The translations under genes and the position numbers were made by a program. From NCBI GenBank assembly GCA_010015805.1, contig ML978137.1, positions 1 through 64,000 on the forward strand: DNA of 64,000 nucleotides, given 5' to 3'. Below the pieces are notes generated by a model. The model did not search any database and was not told the DNA's origin. It was given only the letters and a program-made list of their open reading frames with translations. This document shows, piece by piece, positions 12,202 through 24,428 of this stretch (position 1 is its first letter; each line of letters starts with the position of its first letter). The stretch is from Rhizodiscina lignyota. Taxonomy: Eukaryota.

Positions 12202-13148
12202 TTTGTTTGACTAGCTTCGTGCTTGTGAACAATACAGATAGAAGTTGTGATCAAGTAGAGATAAGGGAGAGCAGAAATGGGGAAATGTAAACGAATGAAA
12301 ACGTAGAAGATTAGCAAGCGAGAGAAGATCAGTGAACGAGGCACACCGAGATTTGGTGTGGAAAATGCAGTGCTTAAGGCTGCGAGGACGACGCTCTGGA
12401 AATTGAGCATTTCAGCATTAGGCGAAATCTTCCATCTGAATAGCAGCAGGCGTTCACCCACAGGCAGAGTGCCAAAAGCAGGAGACCAATACGCCCTGCA
12501 TAATGCCAATGACTGTTAGTGAGGAAATTGGAACACCTGACTGGGTGAGCGGAACATAAGAACCGTTCCAATATTAGGCACCTTCCTCAGTATAACAGAT
12601 TGCAAAGAAGGAGGAGAATCGAAGGATTGCCAATCGCGTATCCCGTTTCACACCTGCATACAGAATGCCCATCTCGGAGGGTTTTGGGATGGACAAGGCT
12701 GAAATATGCATGTTTCGTGAGTCAAACAGCGTTCTTTCACTACTTCCAGATGAATATTCTCATATCTTGTGCTGGAGTGCCCCAGTTGCGCCCTGGACTG
12801 CCTGGCTGCGCCTCGTTACGCCCGAGTAGGATTCGGTCCGACTGAGCGTTGCCTGACAGCCTTGCGCAGGAAATTAGCTCAAATTCACACCAAAAATAAT
12901 GTTGAGAAAGTGCAGAACGATTATCTATGTTCCGGTGAAAGAAATAGACGGGGGTTCGAGCAGAAATCTGAACGCGTCGTCCTTTATATCTGAGTGTCGG
13001 GCCGAAATTCAGGCGCTGTCCGAAGCTGGGCTGGCAAGGTTAGGATAACCACGAAGAAAAAGGAAAAGGGATCATTGTTTTCATATATTTTTTAACCAGC
13101 TGCCCCATTCTCACACATCTTGTATTCCGTACTCATTATATACTCTCT

Positions 13149-14612
13149 ATGAAGTCTTTGCAGTGGAACTTTGTGGAACGAGGACTCCTTATAGGTCATC
13201 TGCCTATGAGTCCTGGCCGTGATGCTGCGGAAGAAAAACAGAGGCGACTTCACGCTGCGTTGTTTGACCTGGTGAGCATTGAAACTTGTCGAACAGCTCT
13301 TCAACATTGGATATCCTGATATTAACACTTGAAAGGATGGCACCTTGATAAATACGAAGTCTCGAGAACTACATGCACAAAATACCAAAGACTGGGAGTG
13401 GTGGGACCCTGTTGTTCCAGCAAGGCTGAGGTGCTTGTACGAGGAAGGCTACCATATTATTATACTGACCAATCAGGGCCGACTGACGACCGTGGATGGC
13501 GACGAGTCCTCGGAAGCATCTTTGTTTAAGGCGAAGCTTGATGATATCTTTGGGGAGTTTGACATATGCCTGACGATATACGCCGCCTGCGGGAATAACA
13601 TATGGCGAAAGCCTCGGACTGGCGCGTGGCACAAGATGCAAGAAGACTTTGCTCGCAAAGGATTCACGATAGAGTGGGACCAGGCTTTCTTAGTTGGCGA
13701 TGCTGCAGGCAGACCAAAAGACCACGCTGACGCCGATTGGCATTTCTGTCTGAATGTCGGCATAGACTTTTACACCCCCGAAGAGTTCTTCACCGGCGGC
13801 GTTTCTGAGCCGCGAGGGCATAAATTCGATCCAACACTCTATCTGCAGTCTCCAGTGAATAAAAGTGCTAGAGCCATATCGGAAATCATCACGCGGACAG
13901 TGCCATCGTTGATAGTCTTTGTGGGTCTGCCAGGATCCGGCAAAAGCACTTTCTTCAAGCAGCATATGCAGATAGACAACATCGCTTACATAGATCCTCG
14001 TGCTTCAACAGGTGTTCTGTCGCCCCTCGAGGTAGCCAAAGACTACCTTCTAAAGAAAGAAAATGTATGTTGAGATACAATTTTCAAAGTCTGACCTAGC
14101 ACTTACCACGATCTGTCTGTACAGGTAGTAGTCGGTAAGCATTCCGAAGCAGACACAAAAATATTTGAAGCTCAACGAACGTTCAGATGGCTGCCATACT
14201 CGTCGTTCAGAGCGAAGCCAATTGGTGCTGGCCGCCCACGAATGTTCGGCCAGAGTTATTGCAATCCGTTTCTTGGCACCTCTTGATTTATGCATCCATA
14301 ATGATACAGTTCGTACATTCGGGAAGTACTCTGTTAGTTTTCTCTCTTTCTTCGTAAAGGCAAATTAGAAGCTGATCCTTTTACTGATGCAATCAGGACA
14401 TGAGGCCTGTATACCCTCGAAATCCATTCAAGTTGCTAGCAAGAGAATTTGAAATGCCGAGCAGTGTGGAAGGCTTTGATGCGGTCGTTGATGTAGATTT
14501 CGAGGTATTGTAGAAAGTGCATCGTTGTAACAGAAAGAACGGCTGACAGTCAAATACGCAGTGGGAAGGCACACCGGAAGAACTAAATGAGTGGCAGAAG
14601 CATTGGATATGA
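13149..14612 (+). CDS. Bifunctional polynucleotide 3'-phosphatase/5'-kinase (PNKP/Pnk1-like), multi-exon
   Basis: HAD motif FDL|DGTL split by intron ~13272-13335, then TNQG, WRKP.TG, VGDAAGR, DHADAD, FYTPEEFF. Kinase P-loop VGLPGSGKSTF. C-terminal exons end in WQKHWI*. Confidence 0.88.
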
Positions 14613-15110
14613 GATGATGAAAGAAATAGACGCAAGAATGCATTCGAATGGAGGACATGATAATAAGCTTTCCACTAATTCGATTATGTGACATAATTGT
14701 CGCTTGAGCTCTTGCTCTGGCATTCATCACACTTTCCATATTCGAAGGCAATTCTGTTGCGGAAAGAGACTATGTTGGTATTATAGTGAAGGCCAAGTCC
14801 AAACTGTACTCTAATATTATCGTAGATTTCTCGACTTGATAGATCTTCGATCACAGGTTGAGAATTGTAGGTACGTACCTCAGACTTACATCACATCTGA
14901 TAGCACATTTCCTAATTGGTTAAAAGATGTACCCCTGCCCCTCTCCGTGACATCACAGTTGAGCTTGTCACACGAAGGCCCTGAGCTGGAACTTATATTG
15001 CTCACGAAGGGCTTCATATCTCACTTTCTCAATTACTCTCAAGAGATTCGAAATTCTCAGAACACTCTACAAACAGTCAGAACAGCCAAACGCCCAAATT
15101 CAAAGCAACC

Positions 15111-15648
15111 ATGTCGAGGTAAGAACTCCTCCGGCACCGCTCCTTGAAAGATGGCACTGAGACGAAGAACAGCTCCGTTGGAAACGCCGCGACCCTCTCC
15201 GGCTCCAAAATCGAGCCTCTGGACTCGAATCAGAAGTACAACACCGAGCACGACCTCTCCGACCGCGGCTCCGCCGGCACCAACACCAACATCGACGAAG
15301 CTCGCATCGATCCTCTCGGTGGTCGAGGTGCGTACCTTCACCTTCCCTCTCCAGTTCCTGTTCTCTTATCCAAACGCTATTTTACGCCGCTATCCCCTAC
15401 TCAAACGCACACCATAGATCTGTTTGCTGACAGTCTCTTGCAATGCAGGCCAATACCAGCACCCCGAAGCGCACGCGGACAGCCAGGGCGTGGTCGGCCG
15501 CGAAGACGTCATCCAGGGTGCGAAGATCGACCCGCTGGAGCAGGCGCCGGGCATGAAGTCTGCGCCGGTGAAGGGTGGGCTGGACGATGAGAACGTGGAT
15601 GCTAGCAGGATCAATCCGATGGGAGAAGTGCGAGAGCAGATGCAGTGA
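15111..15648 (+). CDS. Small hydrophilic repeat protein (~120 aa, 3 exons; introns ~15119-15172 and ~15328-15448)
   Basis: CAACCATG start context and canonical introns. The spliced product MSSSVGNAATLSGSKIEPL...ARIDPL...AKIDPL...SRINPMGEVREQMQ is Gly/charge-rich and has no Cys or Trp. Confidence 0.75.
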
Positions 15649-18600
15649 GTGCCGGGCTATACGAGCGAATGGAAAACACGACGAGCTGTTGAACGATGAA
15701 ATACTGGAACTAATTCAGGGAAACAAATGGAATCAGGATGATGATTCTACATGGCTGCGGTTCGGATATGGCGTCTAAAAAGCACAATCGGCTACCTGTA
15801 CAATAGCTTCAATGACTTATGATGACTTGAGAATATACAATCGAATGGATTCATAGGCCCCGAGGACATCTACTGCAAAGTCGAACAGCATGACAAGGTC
15901 CACGCTTTATTGAAGTGAAGTTGAAATGGCCTATCCATGGCACCAGGATGCTGGGTATCCAAGGAACGTGCCCGATACTCGAAGAAGGCTCGTATCATTC
16001 CATTGGACATCGGATTCCATGTCGACAATCATCGCAATTGCGCCAGAATCAGGATATGAAAAGGATTATGCGATCCTCTTATGCTCTCCTGCCTGGACCG
16101 TTTGCAGAGCATGGAGATTTCCAAAGTTTCAAGTAGCTACCCTTGCCTCGCTGGATATTAACCCGGAACACCCGGAGATTGAGCGCTCGTAAACGCCATG
16201 ACTCGAGCAAGGAAGGGCATTGAGACAATGGTATTTGCTGGGGCATTTGCTCCGGAATCTTTGATTGCAATCGACGAGTAAGCAACGCCGCTGAGCACGT
16301 GAGCGTTCATGTCTCTCCACGTTTCTGAGTGTGATGTGATGTGGTGCAGAAATCCGGGGATGACGTCGGACAAGCAGTAGCCAAGATAATCAATCCGCGA
16401 CACATCACATTCCATTCCATCGCGTCGGCAGATACAAACAAACAAAGGAGTCAACTCCGGGCTGCACCAGGCGCGCAGAGAGGAGAGGACGATCAATCAA
16501 TCAATCAGTCAGTCAAGGTTTCTCCTCCCGCACAATCTCCCTGCCTTCCACCACCACCATGGGCTTTTATCGCCAGCCAACCAGAGGAAGCTGGCAGCCG
16601 AGCCCCGGGTACATATCGATTAGGACAGAGAAGCCGTGGACGGCGCGCAGCCTTGCAGCAAGTGCAGCCGCTGAAGGGTAAAGAGCTGCGTCGCTTGCAT
16701 GAGCAGTCGGCGCTAGATGCGCAGTGCATGTGTTTGAAGGGCTGGTAGTGCGCATGCAGTAGCAGCTAGCAGCTACTGTGGTGTGAGGTGCGCTGATGTG
16801 CTAGCGCCTCGATGTCGCGTCAGCGCTTTGCTCTCTGCGCGACGGAGGGGTTACATATCATGAAGCCTTGCGAGGTCAAGGTGAATGGTCGCCCGTCATG
16901 ATGTCCAGCTCGCTGATGTCGCCAGTTCAGCCTGTCAGCGCAGCTGGACGACGACGCGGGTTGGAAGAATGTGGTTCAATCCAAAGGGCGGTGCGTGATT
17001 TTCGCTTCGTCGTTCGACACCTGTGCAGGAAGCTCTCCGTTTGGACGCTGCTGCCGGAGCACGCTTTCTAGGCCTGTCTATCGCTGGTGTTGGAACCCTA
17101 CTTCGCAAGTCGCCATCCCATGTGCTGCCTCCCCCGCGCGCAGAGAAAAAGCCCCTGAAACGAGCCGAACTGCTCGATCGAGATTTTCTGGGGCATCGTG
17201 AGGGGTGATTGGATGGCTTTTGCTGATTCAGAATTGCACGTCTTTCTGCACAGCCTCGACGAAATCGCCGACTCACCATGTGCTTTGTGATACAGCTGTT
17301 AGTTTCGACAGGGCTGCGGCGTTGTACGGCCTATGGCGGGGAATGGCAGAGCGATAGACACATCGACACATTACTATGGGCAATCGAAATGACACCGCCG
17401 TCAATGGGTGTTCTTTTCCGCATCACAGCAACCGATGACATGTCTTGCTGTCTCCATAACTAGAAGCTGCTGTGGTGCCGTGAGCCGTACGGCTTACGAC
17501 GCGTTTCTGATAGAAATGCTTGATTGCTATAAGTACTCTTGACACGACTCACGAGGCCAATAGCCATGGAGGGAAAGTCGCAGCGGAACGACCCATGGGA
17601 GCAGTTGCTCAGCACAGCTCCACCTTTCCTCGCGCGGCATCTGCTTCAGGTTCTCGGCGACAGAGCATGCGCGGTCGGAAAAGCCGTTCATGTCTGAGAA
17701 GCATGTGCGGAGTACCAAAGTAGCGTGCGCATGTCGTGGGAAAGGATGAGAAAGAGAAACGGTGCGTACGTGGACAGTGCTGATCTTATATGCCTATCCC
17801 TTTAAAAATGGCAGTACATGGTGTTGGTCCCTGCAGGTTGCCTTCGCATGATTGACAGCACTCTGTGACATTGGCTCGAAAAGGCAGTTGGAGAGTTGCC
17901 ACAGATCTCCTCGAAGTTCTTTGTGCCATGGCGCTGTCTCTCGACGTTCCTGGCCAGCGACTTCTCCATGCGATCATCGTCTTGTCCTGCTCTCGGTGTC
18001 AGCATTGCACGGTGGCTTCAAGCCAGTCGCGGGCCGGCATGCAATTCGCAAGGGCTTTGCTGGGTGCCTGGTTCATGCATCCTGGCTGTTTGCCGCTTCG
18101 TGGAGCCGTTGCAGCAGGCCTAGCGTGCACTAGCCATCATGCCGGGTAATGTTAAAACGAGCTTCTTCATCCTGCCCTTGGCAGAGAAAGTGGTATCGTC
18201 GCCCCGCTGTCGGAGAGCGGACGGATGACGCGCGCGGCTATCAAGATTATGTGCGGTCGCGATGATGGCGTCCTATTGATGGCGTCGTCCGAGTGACGAT
18301 GTGTGATGGATGCTGTGCCATGTTCGCCAACGTCAAGGCCCTATCTCCACGTGAGTTTGCAACGGGAGCAGCAGCGCGCCGAAGAGCCTCAGCGGGGAGG
18401 AGGCCAGGCACCGCTGGACAGAAATTGATCTGGAGGCGAGTGATGGGCGGTCTATTTTCAGACCCCAACAGGTGGATTCGCCATGTGCTGCTGGCTTCGC
18501 CTCTCTGCAACAGAGCAGCGCGCACTGCCCAGGCTGAGATTAGAGGCTGAATGCATCAGTCGCAGGTGGCAGTGAAGCACGCTGAGTAGAGAGCAACTGA

Positions 18601-19347
18601 GGCTACCTACACTTGCACTCAAAAGGGGGCGAGGCCCCTATATGCCATTGCTGCAAAATCCGTTCGCCCTATGCTCCAGATGCCTTCGTGTCGCGCAGAT
18701 GAAGCGTCTGATTGCGCCGGGCCTCCTTTAGACGACGCGCCAACCAGCGCGCACGCACGCCGCTAGCCGCTTGGCACTCGAGCTTCGAATCTTCCATCGG
18801 GCTAGGAGCAGCTAGCCCTCTCCCTGTCGCTCTAGCCTGACTGGCTCCTCCTTTCGCGGCCTTTTAGTTTTGCCTCCCACGCCAGTCTCCTTCCCTCTCC
18901 GTCGGCCACCCAACGCCTGCTCCCCAACAATAAACCTCCCGCGACTAGCACCTTTCCAACCTCTCAATTTTCTCTCTCTACTCAATTCCTGCCCCCAGCT
19001 CGTCTGCTGCATTGCGTGTGCAGCAGCGCCTTCTCCGTCCCTTCACGTCGCCGACCGAGACGCGGCCGCCTGTGCCCCCGCAAGTCTGCTGCACGCCAGT
19101 GCAACCAAACATTGCCTCGACGCGCGACCGAGCCGCTCGCTACCTCTCCTTCACCACGCCTACCTCCCGTCCGCCTCTCTCCCTCCTCAACCACACCCAC
19201 CGTCCTCATCGCTCGCACACTCTTCTTTCGGGGCGTCTTGCACCTACTGTCGCTGACCGCCCGGCCCTTCGTTTCTCTGTACATCTGCTACACCTCGTCA
19301 CGTAATCTTGTAATGCCCTGTTACGACCGCGCACCCTCCTGCGAGCG

Positions 19348-21540
19348 ATGAAAGCCTCCCTTCCACGCCTCGGGGACCTGAACCCCATGAAGCTGTTCCC
19401 CCTTCGCACACACCTGTCCTACGAGCGGTTACCCGTCTACGGAGACAAGCGCAACGTCTCTCCCTTCAGCGCGACCTCGCTCAAGAAATACCGATGGCGA
19501 TCTCCGAGCCCCGGCAGCGACCGCTTGCCCTGCCTCAGGCTGTCGCTATCACGCTGCGTCGTCCTCGCGATAACGCTGTGCCTATGTCTTGGGTTGATAG
19601 CGACAGGCGGTTACCGCCGTCGGCATCGAGAGACGCAGAAGAAACCGCCTCCTCGGATACCGTTGCCATGGGAGCACTTCCCTCGGTATGTAAGACGAGA
19701 ATGGCTTCATCCGAGTTCTGTCCTGATGTATTTCACCCATAGACTTAATGGCTTTTACAACGGCGTTGGCGCGCTCGTGAAAAGCGATGACCACATTCCG
19801 GAGCAGTTGGCCATCAACTCTTCCACCCCGCAAAAACCAATTGACACGCAAATCACGCCTGTCTTTGACCCCGTTCCTTTCAATCCGTACGCCGAATACG
19901 AGTCGTACGAATACCTCAACGACCACCACCCCGTGCAGAAATGCTACATCGACCCCGATGACAAAATTCCGACTCCCGAGATTTTTGCGTACCCTGGCAT
20001 TCCTCAAAACATGACTGCGCCTTTTATGGGCTCATACAAGGAATTGGGCTTGTCTGACGACGTCTGCTTCGACAGATTCAGCAGGTTTGGACCATATGGC
20101 TATGGCTACAATCTTGACGAGGGTGGTCTTGGCTTGGCAGAAAAGTCTGATAAATCTGGAATAGAAAGGCTGTGGGCGCAGTCGCCAAAGATTGATTACA
20201 GAGGCGTGGACTGGGGCGCAGCTCAGAAAAAATGCTACGAGAAGAACAAGGCTCGCTTCGAAGGCAACGTAACCGACGAGCCGACGAAAGATGGCAAGAA
20301 CCCTGTCCCACGACAGGCATTCATTCTGCGTACGTGGACTGGATATCAATACGACGAACATCAGATGCTCACATTGCGCGCAATGGTTAACGAGCTTGCT
20401 CTGAAGACCGGCGGCGAATTTGACATACACTTCCTGGTGCATGTCAAGGACAACAGCATTCCTATCTGGACTGATAAGGAAGTCTACCAGAAGACTCTGG
20501 AGGAGAATGTTCCGGAGGAATTCTGGGGCTTCTCGACCCTTTGGTCTGAACAGCTCATGCGCCTCTATTATCCTGATCCTTTCCCAGAAAACTTACAAAA
20601 CCCTTCAGGACAACCAGTTCACGGCGTCTATCGCAGTGCGCACTTTGCTCTGCAATGGTTCGCGCAGCATCACCCTGAGTACGACTTTTTCTGGAACTGG
20701 GAGATGGATTTGAGATACTCGGGCCACTATTACGAGTTCCTGCGCCAAGCAACCGCATGGGCCAAGAAACAGCCGCGTAAGCTGCTTTGGGAACGTAACT
20801 CGCGATACTACATCCCCTCATACCACGGCGATTGGCAACAATTCACCAAGAAGGTCGAAGAAGAGACTTATCTTGATAATGAAACGCCAGTATGGGGTCC
20901 AGTATCCTTCCCGAACAGCAAGATGCTGCCGAAAGCCAACGATGTCACCCCTCCGCACTCCTTTGCCGAAGACAAGTACACTTGGGGTGTTGGCGAAGAG
21001 GCCGACATCATCACCTTCAACCCGCTCTTCGATCCTTCTCGCACCACTTGGGTCTTCCGCGATGATATCAACGGCTATGACCTCAAGTTCCCTGCGCCTC
21101 CACGCCGAACCGCGATTATCACCGTTGCCCGCCTGTCTAAGCGTCTCCTCGACCTCGCACACGAAGAGACGTACAAGATGAAGCACACCATGTTCCCCGA
21201 GATGTGGCCTCCGACTGTCGCCCTTCACCACGGTCTGAAGGCAGTCTACATTCCGCATCCGCAATACTTTGACCGAAACTGGCCGCTCGAATACATGGAT
21301 CAGACCTTCAACCACCCGAAGAAGCCATTCGATTCGCCCTTCGGAGGAGGTGAACACAATCTCCTGGGCTCGAGTTTCTATTACAACAGCGGCTTCTCCG
21401 GTACACTGTGGAGACGCTGGTTTGGCTATCGCGAGAACAACGAGGGTGGCACTAAGGACGAAGTGCAAGGGTCTGGCCGCATGTGTATCAGGAGCACACT
21501 CTTCCACCCAATCAAGAAGGAACGTGGCCCAACCGAGTGA
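19348..21540 (+). CDS. DUF3405-family type II membrane protein (probable in-frame intron near 19687-19743)
   Basis: Single N-terminal TM segment, then conserved-looking blocks LRTWTGY, YDFFWNWEMDLRYSGH, ADIITFNPLFDP, RLSKRLL, EMWPPTVALHHGLKAVYIPHP, GRMC...LFHPIK. Confidence 0.8.
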   Translation: MKASLPRLGDLNPMKLFPLRTHLSYERLPVYGDKRNVSPFSATSLKKYRWRSPSPGSDRLPCLRLSLSRCVVLAITLCLCLGLIATGGYRRRHRETQKKPPPRIPLPWEHFPRYVRREWLHPSSVLMYFTHRLNGFYNGVGALVKSDDHIPEQLAINSSTPQKPIDTQITPVFDPVPFNPYAEYESYEYLNDHHPVQKCYIDPDDKIPTPEIFAYPGIPQNMTAPFMGSYKELGLSDDVCFDRFSRFGPYGYGYNLDEGGLGLAEKSDKSGIERLWAQSPKIDYRGVDWGAAQKKCYEKNKARFEGNVTDEPTKDGKNPVPRQAFILRTWTGYQYDEHQMLTLRAMVNELALKTGGEFDIHFLVHVKDNSIPIWTDKEVYQKTLEENVPEEFWGFSTLWSEQLMRLYYPDPFPENLQNPSGQPVHGVYRSAHFALQWFAQHHPEYDFFWNWEMDLRYSGHYYEFLRQATAWAKKQPRKLLWERNSRYYIPSYHGDWQQFTKKVEEETYLDNETPVWGPVSFPNSKMLPKANDVTPPHSFAEDKYTWGVGEEADIITFNPLFDPSRTTWVFRDDINGYDLKFPAPPRRTAIITVARLSKRLLDLAHEETYKMKHTMFPEMWPPTVALHHGLKAVYIPHPQYFDRNWPLEYMDQTFNHPKKPFDSPFGGGEHNLLGSSFYYNSGFSGTLWRRWFGYRENNEGGTKDEVQGSGRMCIRSTLFHPIKKERGPTE

Positions 21541-22693
21541 ATTCGTACGGTTCTAGCCACTGGATTCCTTCTGATGGTGCTGGTATACGTCTTCAGAGCC
21601 TGGATAGCGAAAGCCGTGAAGAGGTGCTATCAAGTGTCGACATCTGCGTACTCCGCAGTGTCGATCCGGATAGCGCGGCGGCGCAGAGCGAGATTCAGTT
21701 GACTGATCGAAACAACGTACTGAGAACCTTTAGAGTGCTGTGGCTTGTGTCCTTACTCATTACTCTTTTTTTGCACGCGTAGTTTCTTGATTCCCCAAGT
21801 TCTTTTTCTGCTGCTTTTCTACTCTAGATCGCAGTCACAGCATCATTGGGCGGAGTTAGAATCTGTCGCTTTGAGTTTTTGCTCTTTTTTGTGTGCCTTT
21901 CTGCTTGTTACCCTCATTGCTGCCACAACTGGCGGCCTGTTTTTGGATACAGCTCGGCGTTCGCTCGTGAGGATGGGATTACTCTGCTTGTTTTTCCGTT
22001 GCATGTTTCCGCTTCTCTTCATTCAACCAAAAAACTCCTTTTTAACTGTTGCACCTGGCAATGCGTCTCTCGCTGGCACCACGCCCTCCATCGCTTCCGA
22101 TCTGAGTCCGGACTCTGAGGGTGGCTATCACATTGCTAGCAGAGAGGCGGGCCTCTTCTTGCTTTCTTGCTCTTTTTCGACTTTTGGTGGTGTGGGCTCT
22201 TCTTCCAACTTCGGATTGGGGAATATCATGTCTACCATTGCGTTTTCTGGGCACGAGATGCTTTTTAATCATGCTGTACTGGTATGAAATTTTTTTCAGA
22301 AAGAACCAAGCGCCGAGTCTGGGGATGGTGGGGTTTGGAGTGGGGAAGGGCGAGGCGCTTATTGTATTGTATATAATTGAGAGGGGAGGTGGTTGTTGTG
22401 GATTGTGGATTGGAGAGAGAAGGAGGCAGATGATAGACATGAACATAATTGAAGTGAAAGTTCACAGTCACTTGATTCCAGTGTCTCGATCTCCTCCGCA
22501 TACAGTGATGATGATGGTGCACTATGAACAAGCTCTCTCTCTCTACGGCAATCATTCGTGCCGTTCTATATTCCTCTTTATATTCTCTATATCAAGTCTA
22601 CGTTCTACGATATCAAATATCCAAGCCAACTCGAATCTTCCTTCCCATCCAAATTGCCGGCGCTACCGGCGTCCGATCTAGATACGATGATAT

Positions 22694-23962
22694 TCAACAG
22701 TCCAAATCCTCATCACATTTCCCACACCTACACTCAAACCCCCATGTATCCCATAATCTCTTCCTCCGCTCCTGCACACCCAACGTCCCCTCCTCCCCGC
22801 CAAGATACGAAATACACAGCTCCTCACCCTCTGCGACGTCCCGCGTCGTCCAGAACGTCCATGTCCGTCCTGCTTCCCTCTCCAGCCATTCCCCTTCGCC
22901 TCCCTCTTCTCCCACACCCCCACCGGAGGTCCCGCTCTCCAAAACTGCGGGAGACTCGGTGGGAGGAGGAGCAGCTGGTGGTGGTGAGATGGCAGGATGG
23001 GCACGAGCTTTCCCCACATTCGGCCTGCACGAATGATTGAACAGACTCGCATCCGCCCACACGCCGTACCCCAGGAACTCGTCGCCGCTGTCGTCCAGGC
23101 TGCGGATCCCAAAGCTGTTGTGCGTTTCGTGCGCTGGGATGAAGCAGAGGGTTGACGGGGTTACGAAGGGGAGCAGGGGGCTAGGCAGCAGGGAGAGGAG
23201 GATGGGGTAGGATGAGGCATGGGCGATGAGGTTGTGCGAAGTTGGGTAGGGGGTGCGTGTGATGGCGAGGGCGAGGAGAGTGTGATATGGGGAAGGAGGT
23301 GAGATGTCGCTGGGATGGGCAGACTCGCTTCTCGCTCTCAACAGTACGCCGGCGAGCAGGAGACTTAGAACATCCGGGTCAACGATCCTGCTCTTGCTGT
23401 CCAACGCATCATTGAGCGCTTTCCGCTGCTTCTTGCTCAACGCATCGCCCTTTGCTTGCGCGCTTCGTGCCTGCCTGACTGCCTCTCCAAGCTCTTTGAC
23501 GTCCGCCCACGCCGTGGAAACATCTTCTAGCGAAGGCCGTGCATCGCCAACATCATGCATAACAACGTCCTTCGCCCCGTTCGCAGTCCCCTTCCTCCGT
23601 ACAAAGTCCTCGACAACCTCCCAGCTCTTGACGCCAAGCCCGTTCGCGCCTTCCCCCAAATCACCTCCCAACTCAGCCTCCACCTCCTCTTCCCACAACC
23701 CTCTGCACTCCTCGCTGCAGAACGACTTCCCCGTCGAAGTGCTCCGCACCGCCAGGTTCCGGCCGCGGTCGTAGCGGAAGCAGTGCGCGCACACTTCCTT
23801 GCGGTACTCGCGCATCACGACGGCGAGCAGCGGCGGTGCGGTGCGCAGGATGGCGGTGTCTCTGGGGATGGGCCGCGTTGCGATGAGACTGCGGCCTGCG
23901 TGCGCGGTGGTGCGTATGGTGAATGGGCTGGTTTCAATCTTGGCATTGAGAGTGTTCTCCAT
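22694..23962 (-). CDS. SET/MYND (SMYD/Set6-like) lysine methyltransferase
   Basis: GRSLIAT pre-SET, CAHCF...FCSEEC zinc ligands, ASLFNHSCRPN, GEELCISYL and post-SET WGFECRCGKC. Confidence 0.9.
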   Translation of the reverse strand: MENTLNAKIETSPFTIRTTAHAGRSLIATRPIPRDTAILRTAPPLLAVVMREYRKEVCAHCFRYDRGRNLAVRSTSTGKSFCSEECRGLWEEEVEAELGGDLGEGANGLGVKSWEVVEDFVRRKGTANGAKDVVMHDVGDARPSLEDVSTAWADVKELGEAVRQARSAQAKGDALSKKQRKALNDALDSKSRIVDPDVLSLLLAGVLLRARSESAHPSDISPPSPYHTLLALAITRTPYPTSHNLIAHASSYPILLSLLPSPLLPFVTPSTLCFIPAHETHNSFGIRSLDDSGDEFLGYGVWADASLFNHSCRPNVGKARAHPAISPPPAAPPPTESPAVLESGTSGGGVGEEGGEGEWLEREAGRTWTFWTTRDVAEGEELCISYLGGEEGTLGVQERRKRLWDTWGFECRCGKCDEDLDC

Positions 23963-24428
23963 CGTTGCGACTCACTCATTGTCCGATACTCTCACAGTGA
24001 TTGATGCTACAGTAATCGAATTCTTTGCGTTCAAGGTCTATGAAAGAGGGAGGCCCCCAGGAGTCGCAGATATGGGTGGGGTAGTACCGAATTTTGGTTG
24101 CGTTAGCCCCTATGGTTGGTTCAACCCCTCCTAGAATTCTAACGGGTCGAGTCATCCCTAATCACAGCTACCCTTTATTCAACGGTTATTCTGGAGTTCA
24201 ACGGTCATCGTTCTGGATTTAAATATTTTACTATAAATCTCTTTTTCCTTCCATCGTTCAAGTTCATTCATTTCCATTTTCATGAGTCTCGCCGTGAAAA
24301 GTCTAATGCAGATAGAAAGAGTAGGCTTACAGTGTGGAAGCCTCAACAATTCGAAACTACCCCGTTACAACAAAACAATCCTCTGAAGTATTGGAATATT
24401 GTCTCGCAGACACTTCCTCGGAGCAAAC

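Noticed and set aside
15926..16192. 88-aa ORF containing PWHQDAGY, resembling a PhyH iron-binding motif
   Set aside because: No other PhyH motifs (GSH, distal His) follow and no supporting splice structure was found; probably chance.
21745..22690. Hydrophobic 130-190 aa ORFs between the DUF3405 and SET/MYND genes
   Set aside because: They arise from T-rich, low-complexity 3' UTR-like sequence, mostly lack ATG starts, and show no motifs.
24080..24220. GGTTCAA T-loop-like sequence and a short TTCAACGGT duplication
   Set aside because: No cloverleaf pairing could be built; not a tRNA.
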